Shown one piece after another: positions 39,580 through 51,817 of a DNA stretch of 64,000 nucleotides. Below the pieces are notes generated by a model. It had not been told where the DNA came from and ran no database searches. It saw only the letters and a program-made list of their open reading frames with translations. The DNA comes from Octopus bimaculoides (lineage: Eukaryota). The position numbers were made by a program, and so were the translations under genes. The DNA lies in contig NC_068982.1 in the NCBI RefSeq assembly GCF_001194135.2, forward strand, positions 104,970,991 to 105,034,990. The letters run 5' to 3'. The stretch's first letter is position 1. Every line of letters starts with the position of its first letter.

Positions 39580-41789
39580 TTAAATAGTAAGACTGCTGCA
39601 GTAAGTAATATTTAAGTGCAAGTATTTAAGACACATACTGTGCAACTGGGATTGGACCTAGAACCACGTAGTTGCATACTTCTTAATCACACAGCTATGT
39701 ACTTACATATATATAAATACATTAATACATACACATGCACACACGGCTTAAACTTATATTCCCTATGAATTAGTCATCCAACAAATTTAGGGCGTGCACC
39801 AACCTAAATAAATCTTTCTTTTCTGTGTTTTTTTTTTTTTAAATAATTTTCATTCTATTGGTGACCTTCCAAACTTTGTTCTGTTCTACTCAGGAACTCA
39901 TATGAATCATTATCTTTCTTGATGATCAAATCTGTAAAAATCATTATAAATATTTTACCAGTTGAATAAAAAAAAACCCCAATGAAATAAAATAAAAATG
40001 TAGATGTCTACAAGACCTTAGGAGTAGAAATGTACTTACAAAGACTAAGCAACACTTCATACAACAGTCAGATTCTGGAGATTAATTCAATGCAGTATTT
40101 TTGTTCCCTTACAAAAACTTCTTTCTGAAGCCAGTCAAATAATCATTCTGTCATACAGAACAGGAAATGGCATTGGCATCAGCATTTTTATGCCTGTTTT
40201 TTCACTTGTTGACATAGGTTAGGCAAGAGTTATCAAGGCAGTATTCTAAGGCTGGATGCCCTTCCCCTTGCCAAGCCTTACTTGCTTTCTTCAAGTAAGG
40301 TATTTTTTCTCATTTGGTCTTTGTGAAACCAATGAGCTACAAGACAATATTGTTTACAGGAGACATAAACACTGATACTGTTTCCGTTCAAATCGTGACA
40401 ATGTGAAGACATGGAGAAACACACACACACACACACACACATATGTGTGTGTATCTATATCTACAGAAATATGTATGCACACTGGGCTTCTGTACAGTCT
40501 CTGCCTATCAAATTTCCCTCATAAAACATTGAATTAGAATAGCTTATAGAAGATACTGACCCAAGGTGTCATGCAGTGGAATGTAACCCAAAGCCAAAAT
40601 CAAAACCTACCAACAAATGTATACGTACATTTACCTAATTGAAACAATGAATATGTATCTATATGGCCACTCCAAATCTTTCTCAAGTTGCACCTTACTG
40701 CCTTCTAAAGTGGAAAAATATATTCAATAATGTTATCTGAGATAAACTACATGTAAAAAAGACTTGATGGTCACAATTAAAATTATCATTATCAGCATTT
40801 TTCACCTGATTTTCAATGCTAGCATGAGTTAGATGAAACTTTTCAAGGCAGTGTTTTATGGCCAGATGATCTTCCTGTCAACTCTTTCAATTGTCTTTTA
40901 TGACACAGAGGGATATAATGTACCTATTGTATAGACTGAATACATAGGGTTGCCTTTGATAATAGATCTGCTTAACCTGGGATTATCAGGGACTAAATAA
41001 CAACTGAAATTTATATAGGTGGTATTATAAATTTAAGTTTACTGATTATATCAAAATTGAGAGTCACAATGCATGAATTTTCAACATTCTATTTTCAGTA
41101 CTTTAACAATGGAAGATTCCAGAACTCCTTGTTGTTGGGATGATTAAAGAAATAATCAAAAGATTTGGTAAACCATAAATAAGACCTTCCACTTCATGGA
41201 AACTGTAAAAAGACTTTAAAACATTTAACTGGTTTTATTTGTACTTTCTTTTTTCATTCTTTTAAATATTTTTGTTTTTGTTTCATTTTATAGGTTTTTA
41301 CCTATAAAGGGATCTGGTTTAGCTTACTGGCTTTATATGGACTCTTAGATTGATTAAATAAATAAATAACTATATAAGTGATATAGGCATAACAGGAACT
41401 TATTTTATTGACATCAAAAGGATGAAAGGCAGTCAACCATGTCAGAGTTTGAATATACACAGCCAGAATAAGAACCACAAGGCATTTTGCCCAATACTAA
41501 TGATTCTGCCAATCCACCATCCTTAATAATAATAATAATAATGATAATAATAATAATAATAATAATAATAATTCTTTCAATTATAGGCACAAAGGCCTAA
41601 AATTTTTGGAGAGGGCGCTAGTTGATTAAATCAACTCTAGTACTCAACTGATACTTATTTTATTGACCCCAAAATGATGAAAGACAAAGCTGACTTCAGC
41701 AGAATTTGGACTCAGGAGATGCAAAGCTGGAACAAATACCATAAAGCATTTTGTTTACCACTAATGATATGGCCAATCCACCACCCTCA

Positions 41790-42423
41790 GTCATACAGCA
41801 AATACAGAATCAGTGTGAAAGGAGATGAAAGTATTAACTGTCTCTTGAGTGAAAATAAACTAGTACAAAAAGAGTATAAGCGCAATCATGGCTGTGTAGG
41901 TAAAAGAGTTCATTAGAATGTCAGTTAAGCATGTGAATTTAAAGTAACATGAAAGTGAGGCTGTGATAGAGAATAATGATTACAGGATTGTATCACCAAA
42001 CAGCTGGTTGGCTCTGGCTGCTGGAACTGAAACTAACATGACACTGTTGGAAGGCAGGTTTAGAGAGAGCACAGACTAAAGACTGGTTATACTATTGAAA
42101 CAAGAAGACCAGATATGATTATAAAGGGCAAAAAGAAACTAACTTGTGTAAGATCATAGACTTTGCACTGATATATGATAAATAGAGTGAATATCAAAGA
42201 TATTGAGAAAATAGAGAAATATCAAGACCTAGCCAGAGAGATGAAGAGACTGTGGAAGACTAAGACAACAATTATTCCTATGGTAATGGAGATACTTGAC
42301 ATGACGCCCAGACTGCTACTTAACAGGTTGAAAGATATTGGAATTGAGATCTGCACTGTCAACCGGCAGAAAAATGCCATCCTATACTCTGCAAGAATCC
42401 TAAAGACGTTTCTTGAAATGTGA
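41790..42423 (+). mobile_element. R4/Dong-like non-LTR element 3' fragment (zinc knuckle relic plus restriction-like endonuclease)
   Basis: DESINCLLSE..LVQKEYKRNHGCVGKRVH*, RRPDMII, and EKIEKYQDLAREMKRLWKTKTTIIP...QKNAILYSARILKTFLEM*. Confidence 0.8.
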
Positions 42424-44024
42424 GGAGACCTATTACCAAAACCTTATGGCAACATCCCTGCTTACTGATATAGCATGTAATGGTTTCAATGATAATATTT
42501 TTTCTAACTTTGGTTCAAGGCCAGCAACTTTGAGGGTAGAGGAGCAATTTTCAGGAGAATAATCCCAGTATTTGACTGGTATTTTATTTTATCAATTCCA
42601 GGAGAATGAAAAGCAAAGCTGATCTAGGTGGGATTTGAACTCAGAGGAATTCCAACAACGTTTCATGGTTTGCTACCTCAACAGCATGTACATTTCACCT
42701 TTCTTCATCCTCCTTTCTCACTTCGTGTACCACTGCCTCTTTCATCTCTTTTACACTTTTTGCTCATGCAAAATGGCTTGAAATTGTGCAACCCTAGACC
42801 AGCTCTTGCTTCTTGCATCACTTCGACTATATTGGCATGCCTTAGCTTTCTGATTGCCCTATTTACTGCCTCTTCCGCATTCCATTTCCTCCCTGTTTGT
42901 ACCTTTGGAGGGTTTTCTCAGATGTTCTGATCTTTCGAATACTTTAGCATCATCACTGTTCTTTCCTTTCTTGCCTTATATTCTTTGGTGATTGATGTTA
43001 TCGGTAATTGCAGCATGGGTTTTCCATGTAGTGCAGTTGTATTCAGTGGTTTTGCAAAGCCTTTTTCCCAAATATTCCAAAGCCTTTTTTCCCAATACTC
43101 TAATGATCCTGCCTGTTCACTGCAACAATAGTAACACAACAACAGTAATAATAAATCAAAACTGTTATACTGTCTTTCTACAGTCCAAATAAACCACAAT
43201 ATTACAACTTTTGGTTGTAGTGGATGTTCTGATGATTATGGCAATAGTAGTGCTGGTGAATTATTTGAGAATAGAGCTAGTTAAATTTGTTTTCTTTTAT
43301 GTAACACGTGACTCTCTCTTTAACAGTAAGTTATAGCCAACATTTAGAATATCTGGACAATAGCCAACATGTTAAAGCCAGCCAGAATAGATTTTTGATA
43401 ATAAGCATGCATTCAAAGATATTACATATTATATATATATATATATATAGATATATATATATAAATGCCTGTGAGTATGCTTACTTAATAGACAAATTAA
43501 ATCTAAAAAAATATATCGTTGGCGTCAGTGGCATTGGCAGTAAAGTTATCATCTTCCACATCGTCATCATTATAATTTTTTAACACCCGTCTTCCATGTC
43601 AGCATAGGCAGAATGGTTTGACAGGATCCGATGAATCAGAGGACAGCATTGTGCTCCGATGTCTACTTTGGCATGGTGTCTACAGCTCCAATGCCCTTTC
43701 TAACAATGGTAACTTTACAGAATGTACTGGGTGCTTTTTGTTGTGGCACCAGCATTAATGATGTTGTCTTGTAACTCACATAGCTTATGAAGAACTCCCT
43801 AGACTGAGTGGGAGTGTAGGAGAGAGGGAACTGGCTTTTATATATTGAATCCTTCTCATGACTTGAGTTTCATGTCACAGTAATTTTCAGGTAATCTGAA
43901 TTGGTGTGGTGAAAGTTGAATCATGAGGAAAAAGAATTCAGTTTAAATAAACAATATACCTTACAGCAAGTATCCAGTAGTTGCTTCCTCTTTCATAGAT
44001 AAACTGTAATAGTTGATTCTGTGT

Positions 44025-44470
44025 GAGGGGAGAGGGGGGAAGCAGGGGAGAAGGAAGGAGGGGAGAGGAGAGGAGGTGAGACAAGAGGAGGGGAGAGGTG
44101 AGAGGGAGAGAGGAGGAGGGAAGAGAGGAGGAGAGGAGAGAGGTGGGGTAAGTGGGAGGTGGAGACAGAAAAATGGGGATAGCAGGAGGGAGAGAGGGAG
44201 AAAGAAGGGGGTAAAATGGGGAGAGAGGAAGAAGGATAGTGAGAGCAGGGAGAGAATTGAAGGGAGAGAATAGAGGGGTGAGGAGGGAAGAGAATAGAGA
44301 GAGAGGAGGAAAAGAGAATGGGGAGAGGGGAGGAAAGAATGGAAAGAGGAGTATGATGGACAGAGGTAGAAACAGGGAGTAAGAGGATAAGGGAGAGAGG
44401 GAGGGAAGAGAGAGTGACAGAGGGAGTGAGAGAGAGACGAGAGAGAGGGAGAGAGTAAGAGAGAGAACGG
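44025..44470. repeat. GA-rich polypurine low-complexity tract
   Basis: About 450 bp almost entirely of G and A on plus. Confidence 0.9.
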
Positions 44471-45339
44471 AAATAATGGACAACTAATAAAGAATAGGTC
44501 CAGTTACCTTTAAGAAACAAGCAGTAAGACTAAGGTGTCAAACACACTTAGCCAGACAAGTGTATATACTCATAGCTATACAGATCTACACACATACACA
44601 ACACACTTAAATACATCCACATACAATTTTCAAAATCTTTACATTCATATATACATACAGACAGTCATACAACATCGCTTCAAAGAGATCATTCAACACA
44701 CACATACAAATGCATAGACATAGACAGACATACATCAAAATCATATGACCAAAATCTCTTTTGGTGAGTCTTATATATGTGAAGTAATATTCAAAAAGAA
44801 AATACTACCTCACATTTCAAAGTGTGATCACCTACAATATTTGAATGAAAGTCTTATTTTAAACCGTTCTGAAATACGGTGTGTTTCTTCAGCTTTGCTA
44901 CTGATGATGTCTTCTTGTAGCTGTTATCATAGCAGGTGTTGAACTTCAGCAACAACACTCTCACAGCAATGTTATCAAAAGCATTAATTAAGTCTTAAGG
45001 ATTATCAATATTTGAAAAAAAAATTTTTGAGATCATAAGATACATTTTCTCAACTTTAGCAATGCATTATTCTGTTAAATACAAATACAAAAATACACAC
45101 ACACACACACAAACACACATATATATGCATCATCATCATCATCATCGTTTAACATCCGCTTTCCATGCTAGCATGGGTTGGACAATTTGACTGAGGGAAG
45201 AAGGATGTTAAATGATGATAATAATAATAAATAAATACATATACATATATATGTATATACATACATTATATTCACATATAGACACACACACATGCATACA
45301 TACATACATACATATATATAAGAGTGTAAGCATACATGA

Positions 45340-45992
45340 CAGAGTGCAAATGCCCTGAGAGAAAAGTTGGACATAAGAAGTATCAGATGTGGTATGCAAG
45401 AGAGGCAACTGTGCTGGTATGGTCATGTGTTGTGTATGCATGAGGACAGCTGTGTGAAGAAGTGTCACTCCCTAACAATGGAGGGAACTTGTGGAAGAGG
45501 TAGACCCAGGAAGACATGGGATGAGACGATGAAGCACGACCTTCGAACATTAGACCTCACAGAAACCTTTGGAGGTATGCTGTGCTTGAGAAGACCTGAC
45601 AAGCCAAGTGACATTGTAGCTGTGGCTGTTGCCAGTGTCACATAACTGGCCCATTTAAAAGCACCCTTCAATCATCAGGCAATTATATTGTGCTTGTGAA
45701 GACCTGTTGAACTAAGTGAAACTAGTCATGGCCGATGCCTGTGCCAGTGGCACGTAAAAAGTTCCATACAAGTGTGGCTGACACCAGTGCTGCCTGAGTG
45801 GATCCTGTGCTGATGGCACATAAAAAGCACCCACTACACTCTGGGAGTGGTTGGCATTAGGAAGGGCATCCAGGTGTAAAAACCTTGCCAAACCAGATTG
45901 GAGCCTGCTGCAGCCTCCTGGTTTGCCAGTCTTCAGTCAATACTTTCCAAATATGGAAAGTGGATGTTAAATAATGATGATGTTGATGATGA
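45340..45992 (+). mobile_element. RTE LINE 3' end
   Basis: RQLCWYGHVLCMHEDSCVKKCHSLTMEGTCGRGRPRKTWDE, followed by the same 3' UTR and GAT tail. Confidence 0.85.
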
Positions 45993-46068
<76 letters not shown>

Positions 46069-46107
46069 AAATGAAAGATGGAAAATGGAATAAACGAGAA
46101 TTTTTAT

Positions 46108-46211
46108 TATTAATCATGACAATTGTTTCAACACATCTAGCATCGATTCCTCATGGGTGGACCTTTAACTGGTTCAGGAGCATCTGGCAGTGTCTCATCA
46201 GGTAATAAATA
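46108..46211 (-). ncRNA. Type I hammerhead ribozyme motif with extended stem II (HHR-C)
   Basis: Minus strand: UAUUUAUUAC CUGAUGA GACAC [55 nt] GUGUU GAAAC aauu GUC AUGAUUAAUA. The core is complete, with a GUC triplet. Helix III ACAAUUGU is a perfect palindrome. Stem II base is 5 bp and stem I has 8 of 10 positions paired. Two defects (G-U at 10.1/11.1, C-A at 2.1/1.1) are what CpG decay would produce. Confidence 0.7.
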
Positions 46212-47217
46212 GATACAACTATTCCACAATGAATCTTCTCATTTCGTAGAAAGAAAAGCAGCTAAGATAAGAGTGGTAGACAGACAAGCAGAGATTGGTA
46301 GATAGACAGACAATGATAGACAGACATTGATAGACAGACAGACCAATAAAGCTAGATAAACACTGATAGATAGAAAAACAGACAGATAGCTAGTTAGATA
46401 GAGACAGAGAGATAGACAAAGAGACATAGAGAAAGACAGATAGATTATATACCATAGTAGATTTAGGTGCAGTACACTTTAATCAATTCAGACAATACTT
46501 TAGTATATGGTTATACATTTAGGCATTTCATTAACCTCTTGATATTAATTCCATATAAAGAATTTTCCAGAAGATCAACAGAATGATGTAAACTGCTGCA
46601 GAAGCACACAAGGGATTGAAGTGTGGAAATGATGCAGAAGCTGAAAATACTCTTAACAATGAATTACACAAACAGTAGCTAGAGGAAGAGAAAATCACAA
46701 GGGTATAAATAATTATATATATATATATTTTTAATTAATTGGATTACATACATACCATCAAGAGATAAAACCAAATCCCTCTCAATAGGAAATAGAAGAC
46801 AGCAATGTCAAGTCACATTGGTTTTAGATTAAGGCAAGAAGGATGTTAAGACAATCATAATGACAAAAATATAATTCTTTGAAAGGCAGAGGAATCTTAG
46901 TTAATGAAAACAGGAAAGATCTCTCAACAGAGGAAACAAAAATTAGGTATTTCTTGATAAACAAGTGAAATGAAAATATTTCACATATCAAAAAGATAAG
47001 AGCAGTTTCATATAAACAAACAAATAATCATTTCAAATGCTAATAGAAAATTAACAGCAAAATGTAAAATATTATTATACAAGTTTGAAAATATGTTGAG
47101 ATTTTTGAAGAAAAGTTTGCCATATGTTAATTTTATAACAAAGGAAAATTATAGCATCTGATATATCAAACTTTAGCGGCTACCAGGGAATTAAAAAAAA
47201 AAGGAAGTTTTTAATAT

Positions 47218-47722
47218 AGGTGTAGGAGTGGCTGTGTGGTAAGTAGCTTGCTTACGAACCACATGGTTCCGGGTTCAGTCCCACTGCATGGCACCTTGGC
47301 CAAGTGTCTTCTACTATAGCCTCGGGCCGACCAAAGCCTTGTGAGTGGATTTGGTAGACGGAAACTGAAAGAAGCCTGTCATATATNNNNNNNNNNNNNN
47401 NNNNNNNNNNNNNNNNNNNNNNNNNNNNNNNNNNNNNNNNNNNNNNNNNNNNNNNNNNNNNNNNNNNNNNNNNNNNNNNNNNNNNNNNNNNNNNNNNNNN
47501 NNNNNNNNNNNNNNNNNNNNNNNNNNNNNNNNNNNNNNNNNNNNNNNNNNNNNNNNNNNNNNNNNNNNATGTGTGTGTGTGTGTGTGTATGTGTGTGTGT
47601 GTGTGTGTATGTTTGTGTGTCTGTGTTTGTCCCCCAACATCGCTTGACAACTGATGATGGTGTGTTTACTTCCCCGTAACTTAGCGATTTGGCAAAAAAG
47701 ATTGATAGAATAAGTACTAGGA
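47218..47722 (+). mobile_element. SINE family 2 copy spanning an N gap
   Basis: Head GGTGTAGGAGTGGCTGTGTGGTAAG. The 3' part resumes after the gap and abuts an RTE RT fragment. Confidence 0.85.
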
Positions 47723-48014
47723 CTATGATGAATAAGAAGGGGCTGAGGACTGATCCTTGGTGGACCCTACCCCTACTCAGAATTCTTCACTGTACTCATT
47801 GCCAACCCTCACCTTACTGACAGCATCCCTGTACATGGCTTGCACAGCTCTCACTAACCATTCATCTATTCCTAGTTTCCTCATTGACCACCAGATAAGG
47901 GATCGGGGGACCCTGTTAAAGGCTTTCACCATGTCAACGTAAGCTAGGTACAGAGGTTTATCTTTGGCTAGGTATTTCTCTTGCAGCTGTCTTACCAGAA
48001 ATATAGCATCAGTG
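47722..48014 (-). mobile_element. RTE reverse transcriptase fragment (second copy)
   Basis: TDAIFLVRQLQEKYLAKDKPLYLAYVDMVKAFNRVPRSLIWWSMRKLGIDEWLVRAVQAMYRDAVSKVRVGNEYSEEF, then QGSVLSP in a shifted frame. Confidence 0.85.
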
Positions 48015-48379
48015 GCGCTTAATGGTAGGAGATTGCCAAGGATGTGTGAATAGAGAGGTTATGAAATTGCAAAAGGGGAGAGGGAAGGGAAAGGGGGGAC
48101 ATGCTGTGAGTGGTGAAACACAGGTAAATAGGGGAATGACAGGGTAGCAATGATACAGTTGGTAAGGGAAGGAGAGGAGAGAGAGAGAGAGAGATGACAG
48201 AGTGGTATTGATCAGCAGGTGTGGGGAAAGAGAGATAAGCATAATGCATGAAGAAGCAATGTAGTTTGGTTCATTGGAGTAGGGTGAATGAATTAATGCT
48301 ACATGTAGGTGGAAAAGACAGTACCCCAGAACTCAGTTTTGTTGAAGTGGGTGGATCTTCTCAAGAACCTCATATCACC

Positions 48380-50370
48380 AGACATCTTGGTCCATTGTCA
48401 TTACCTGGATGCAACACCTTGAGACTGGATCTTACTACTTCATCTCATGTTTTCCTGGGTCTCCCTCTTCCACAAGTGCCATCCATTTAAAGCAGTTGGC
48501 ACTTCTTTATACAGCTGTCTTTGTTCATGCACGTCACATGTCCAAACCAACATAGTCCCTTTTGAATGCTACATCTAATTCCTCTTATACCCAGCTTTTC
48601 TCTCAGCATAATTGTACTTTGTTGCACACACACACTGATGTTGTATATACATAGGAGCATACTAGCTTCATACTTTTCCAGTCTGCACATTCTCTGCATT
48701 CAGTACCGATGTCTCACTGCCATGGAGCATAGCTGTTCATACACAAGCATCATACAATCTGCCTTTCACTCTAAGAGAGAGGCCTTTTGTTGCCAATAGA
48801 AGTAATAGCTCTCTAAATTTTCTCCATCCTATTCTTATTCTAGAAACAATACTTTCAGAACATCCTCTGACACTATTAATTTGGTCACCTAGGAAACAGA
48901 AACAATTTACAACCCTAAAGGAGTCTCCTGGGTGTTTGAGATAGTCTAATTTCCTTGTTCCTTTAGTGTTTATTGTTCCTTTGCACCTTCCACATACAAA
49001 CACGACTCTCTGCTGACCTACTGTGAATGAATGAAATTTCTTCCAACACATTTCCTACATATTGAGCAGAGTCATCCACCTGATAGAAAGAGTCTTATCC
49101 ACTTTCTGGCAAACAACGTTGGTCTTTGCTATATTAACTTTAAAGCCCTTTGATTCCAAGTTTTCTTCTCCAATTTCATTACAGATTCTGCTATAAGTGT
49201 GAGGTTACCAGCATACAGTAGTTTCCACAGGCAGCCAGTTTTAAATCCTCCCATTATGGCCTGGAAGACTATGATGAATAAGAGGGATTGAGAACTGAGC
49301 CCTGATGAACACTTACTTGTACACTAAATTTGTTACTGTACTCATGGCCTACTCTCACCCAACTGACAGCTCCACTATACACAGCTTATATGGCTCTAAC
49401 AAGCCACTCATCTACTCCTAATTTCCTTAGAGACCACCAGATAACAGAACAAGGGATTCTGTCAAAAGCTTCTTCAGTTCAACAAAAGCCAAGTACAATG
49501 GTTTACTTTTGATCAGATATTTCTCCCACAGCTGTCTTACTAGGAAGATGGAATCTGTGTTACTCTTCCCAGGCACAAAACCAAACAGCATTTAATCTAG
49601 TTGAATTCTATTCCCAATAAATTGGGATATAGCTCTCTCTATAACTTTCATGACTTGGCCCAGCAGTTTGATACATCTGTAGTTGTTTCTATTAAAGGCA
49701 TCACCTTTACTCTTGTAGCAACTAACTATAATACTACATCTGTCTTTAGGAATGATGCCTTCCTGGATAACCTGATTAACTATATGAGTGACTAGACTAT
49801 ATCTTACTCCACCAGATATTTTAAGCATTTCAACAGTGATTCTTGATGGTCTAGAGCAGTATTTCCCACGATAACTTTCTAGAAAAATGTATGCCCCACC
49901 ATTGTTTGGTAAAAAACAGCTTTATTTTTAATATTTCATAATGATATACTTTCCTTAAAGAAATATCCACACTATGGCATTTGATTAGTGCTATACTGTA
50001 GCAAACAGTCTTCACACAGTGTGCTTGGCTGGATGGAGGGATTGGTTTGGCTAGGCTGTGTATAGGTGGAGTATTTGCTGAGAAAATAAGATTTTCACAA
50101 TTCCATGTCTCACTAAAAAAAAAGAAGAAAAGAAAAAAATTTGGACTCCACACCCCACCACAATTTTCCCAGGTTCCTCCAGTGGGAATCACTGGTCTAG
50201 AGGCTTTCCCAGTCTTCATATCCTTAATTGCTTTATCTATCATACTACTGTCATGTCAGCAGTATAACCCAACAGAGAGAGACCAGCCACCGGAGTTGAT
50301 ATGTCAACTCTGGTGGCTGATCCCTCAGTTAGGTCCATATTTGAAAGACCCTGCTTCTCTCATGCATTAA
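48380..50370 (-). mobile_element. RTE-clade LINE, long decayed ORF fragment containing the reverse transcriptase
   Basis: IDKAIKDMKTGKASRPSRI, YKSKGDAFNRNNYRCIKLL, QGSVLNPLLFIIVF and LLYAGNL (YADD destroyed), then FCFLGDQI, GWRKFRELL and the C-terminal GRxRKT region. It is interrupted by a hAT MITE. Confidence 0.9.
49857..50194. mobile_element. hAT MITE with a perfect 8-bp TSD, nested in an RTE
   Basis: TIRs CAGTATTTCCCAC / GTGGGAATCACTG. TSD GTCTAGAG at 49849-49856 and 50195-50202. Confidence 0.9.
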
Positions 50371-50568
50371 TATCATTATCATCATCATTATTCTTTAACT
50401 TCCATTTTCCATGCCTGCATGGGCTAGACCACATGGCTTATATAGCTCTAACAAACCACTCATCTTAATATATACATATAAATGTCTTTTATGTTGAGTT
50501 ATACTAAAAAGAATTTTACATTAATCTGATGAGATAGTAGAGTACAAAATTCTTATTCTTATAGAAGA

Positions 50569-50671
50569 ATGCTGTTGACAGTGACTTCAAACTTTTGGCT
50601 AGTTAAGCCATTGTCAGACTGTCTGACAATTGCTTAAATGGCAGAAGTTTCAAAGTTACTGTCAACAACAT
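50569..50671. repeat. Imperfect palindrome of about 100 bp with no loop
   Basis: TGTTGACAGTGACTT...ATTGTCAGAC T GTCTGACAAT...AAGTTACTGTCAACA, with about 7 mismatches and one indel. Confidence 0.8.
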
Positions 50672-50673
50672 TC

Positions 50674-50717
<44 letters not shown>

Positions 50718-50977
50718 ATATAATGTGACACTAACATACTTGTGACAGGCATATCTGTCATTCCAATATATTAATGGCGCTTGTCTCTCACCTCTTCTTA
50801 CTCCACAAACCAGTCTGTATTTCAAAGACTACTCCCACAAACCAAACAGATGTGACAAGGTTTAGAACCAGAATCATGATCACAACTTTTTAACCTGATT
50901 CCTAACATTCCTCACTGACATTATTTGAAAATTAAAAAAATACATCCTGTCTTAATTTGTCTAAGAAGCATGTCTTA

Positions 50978-51062
<85 letters not shown>

Positions 51063-51560
51063 TATACTTACATACATACACACAATAAATCTATTTACTT
51101 AGTTCTTGGATAGTATGTCGACTTGTTAAATATTTCATAATAGTTTCTTTCATAATTGTCTTGTTTCTATCACCTTTAATTTCTCTTATCTTTTATTCAT
51201 TCATCTACTTCAGGGATAACAGTTACCTGATCAGGCCAAAATAAGAAAAATATAGAAGTAGCGTCATTCTTTGTTGCACATCAAGACAAACAGGGCTCAG
51301 TTATAAAGAATGTCAGCTATTAAAAACCAGTCATTTCGCATTTCATATAACATTCTCTACCCAGATTACATCTTACTTTGGTACACTTATGAACAATCTA
51401 ATTCACTGACCTTCTTTTATTCATGTTGCTGCTTCATGTTATCAATCATTTTGATGATGTGATTCTACCCAAATGTTTCATTGAACATGAATCACTTATA
51501 ACAACTTAGTGAGACAACAATTTCAGTATAATTTGGGATTGCATATGAAGTCACGTAAAT

Positions 51561-51817
51561 CAGTGGTTCCCAAACTTTTTTGGGGGTGCCACTACCTTGA
51601 CGCCCAGGCCTAGCACCTCCACCCCTACTAACCATCACAAACATAGACCTCTTTCTGAAGCAAATTCAAAGCAACTGTATTTAACAAATAAAACTTAACC
51701 TAATGAACCCATTATTTTATTGTTTTTACATGACTAGCTACCCCACTATCGCCCCACTTTTCTTGGAACTTTCCACTGCCCCCAGGGGAGCAATACTGCC
51801 CACTTTGGGAACCATTG
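51561..51817. mobile_element. hAT MITE
   Basis: TIRs CAGTGGTTCCCAAA / TTTGGGAACCATTG. TSD ACGTAAAT/ACTTAAAT with central TA. Confidence 0.85.

Noticed and set aside
46141-46201. GC-rich plus-strand exon candidate (HRFLMGGPLTGSGASGSVSS)
   Set aside because: Better explained as the stem II domain of the minus-strand hammerhead. Exonisation is not excluded.
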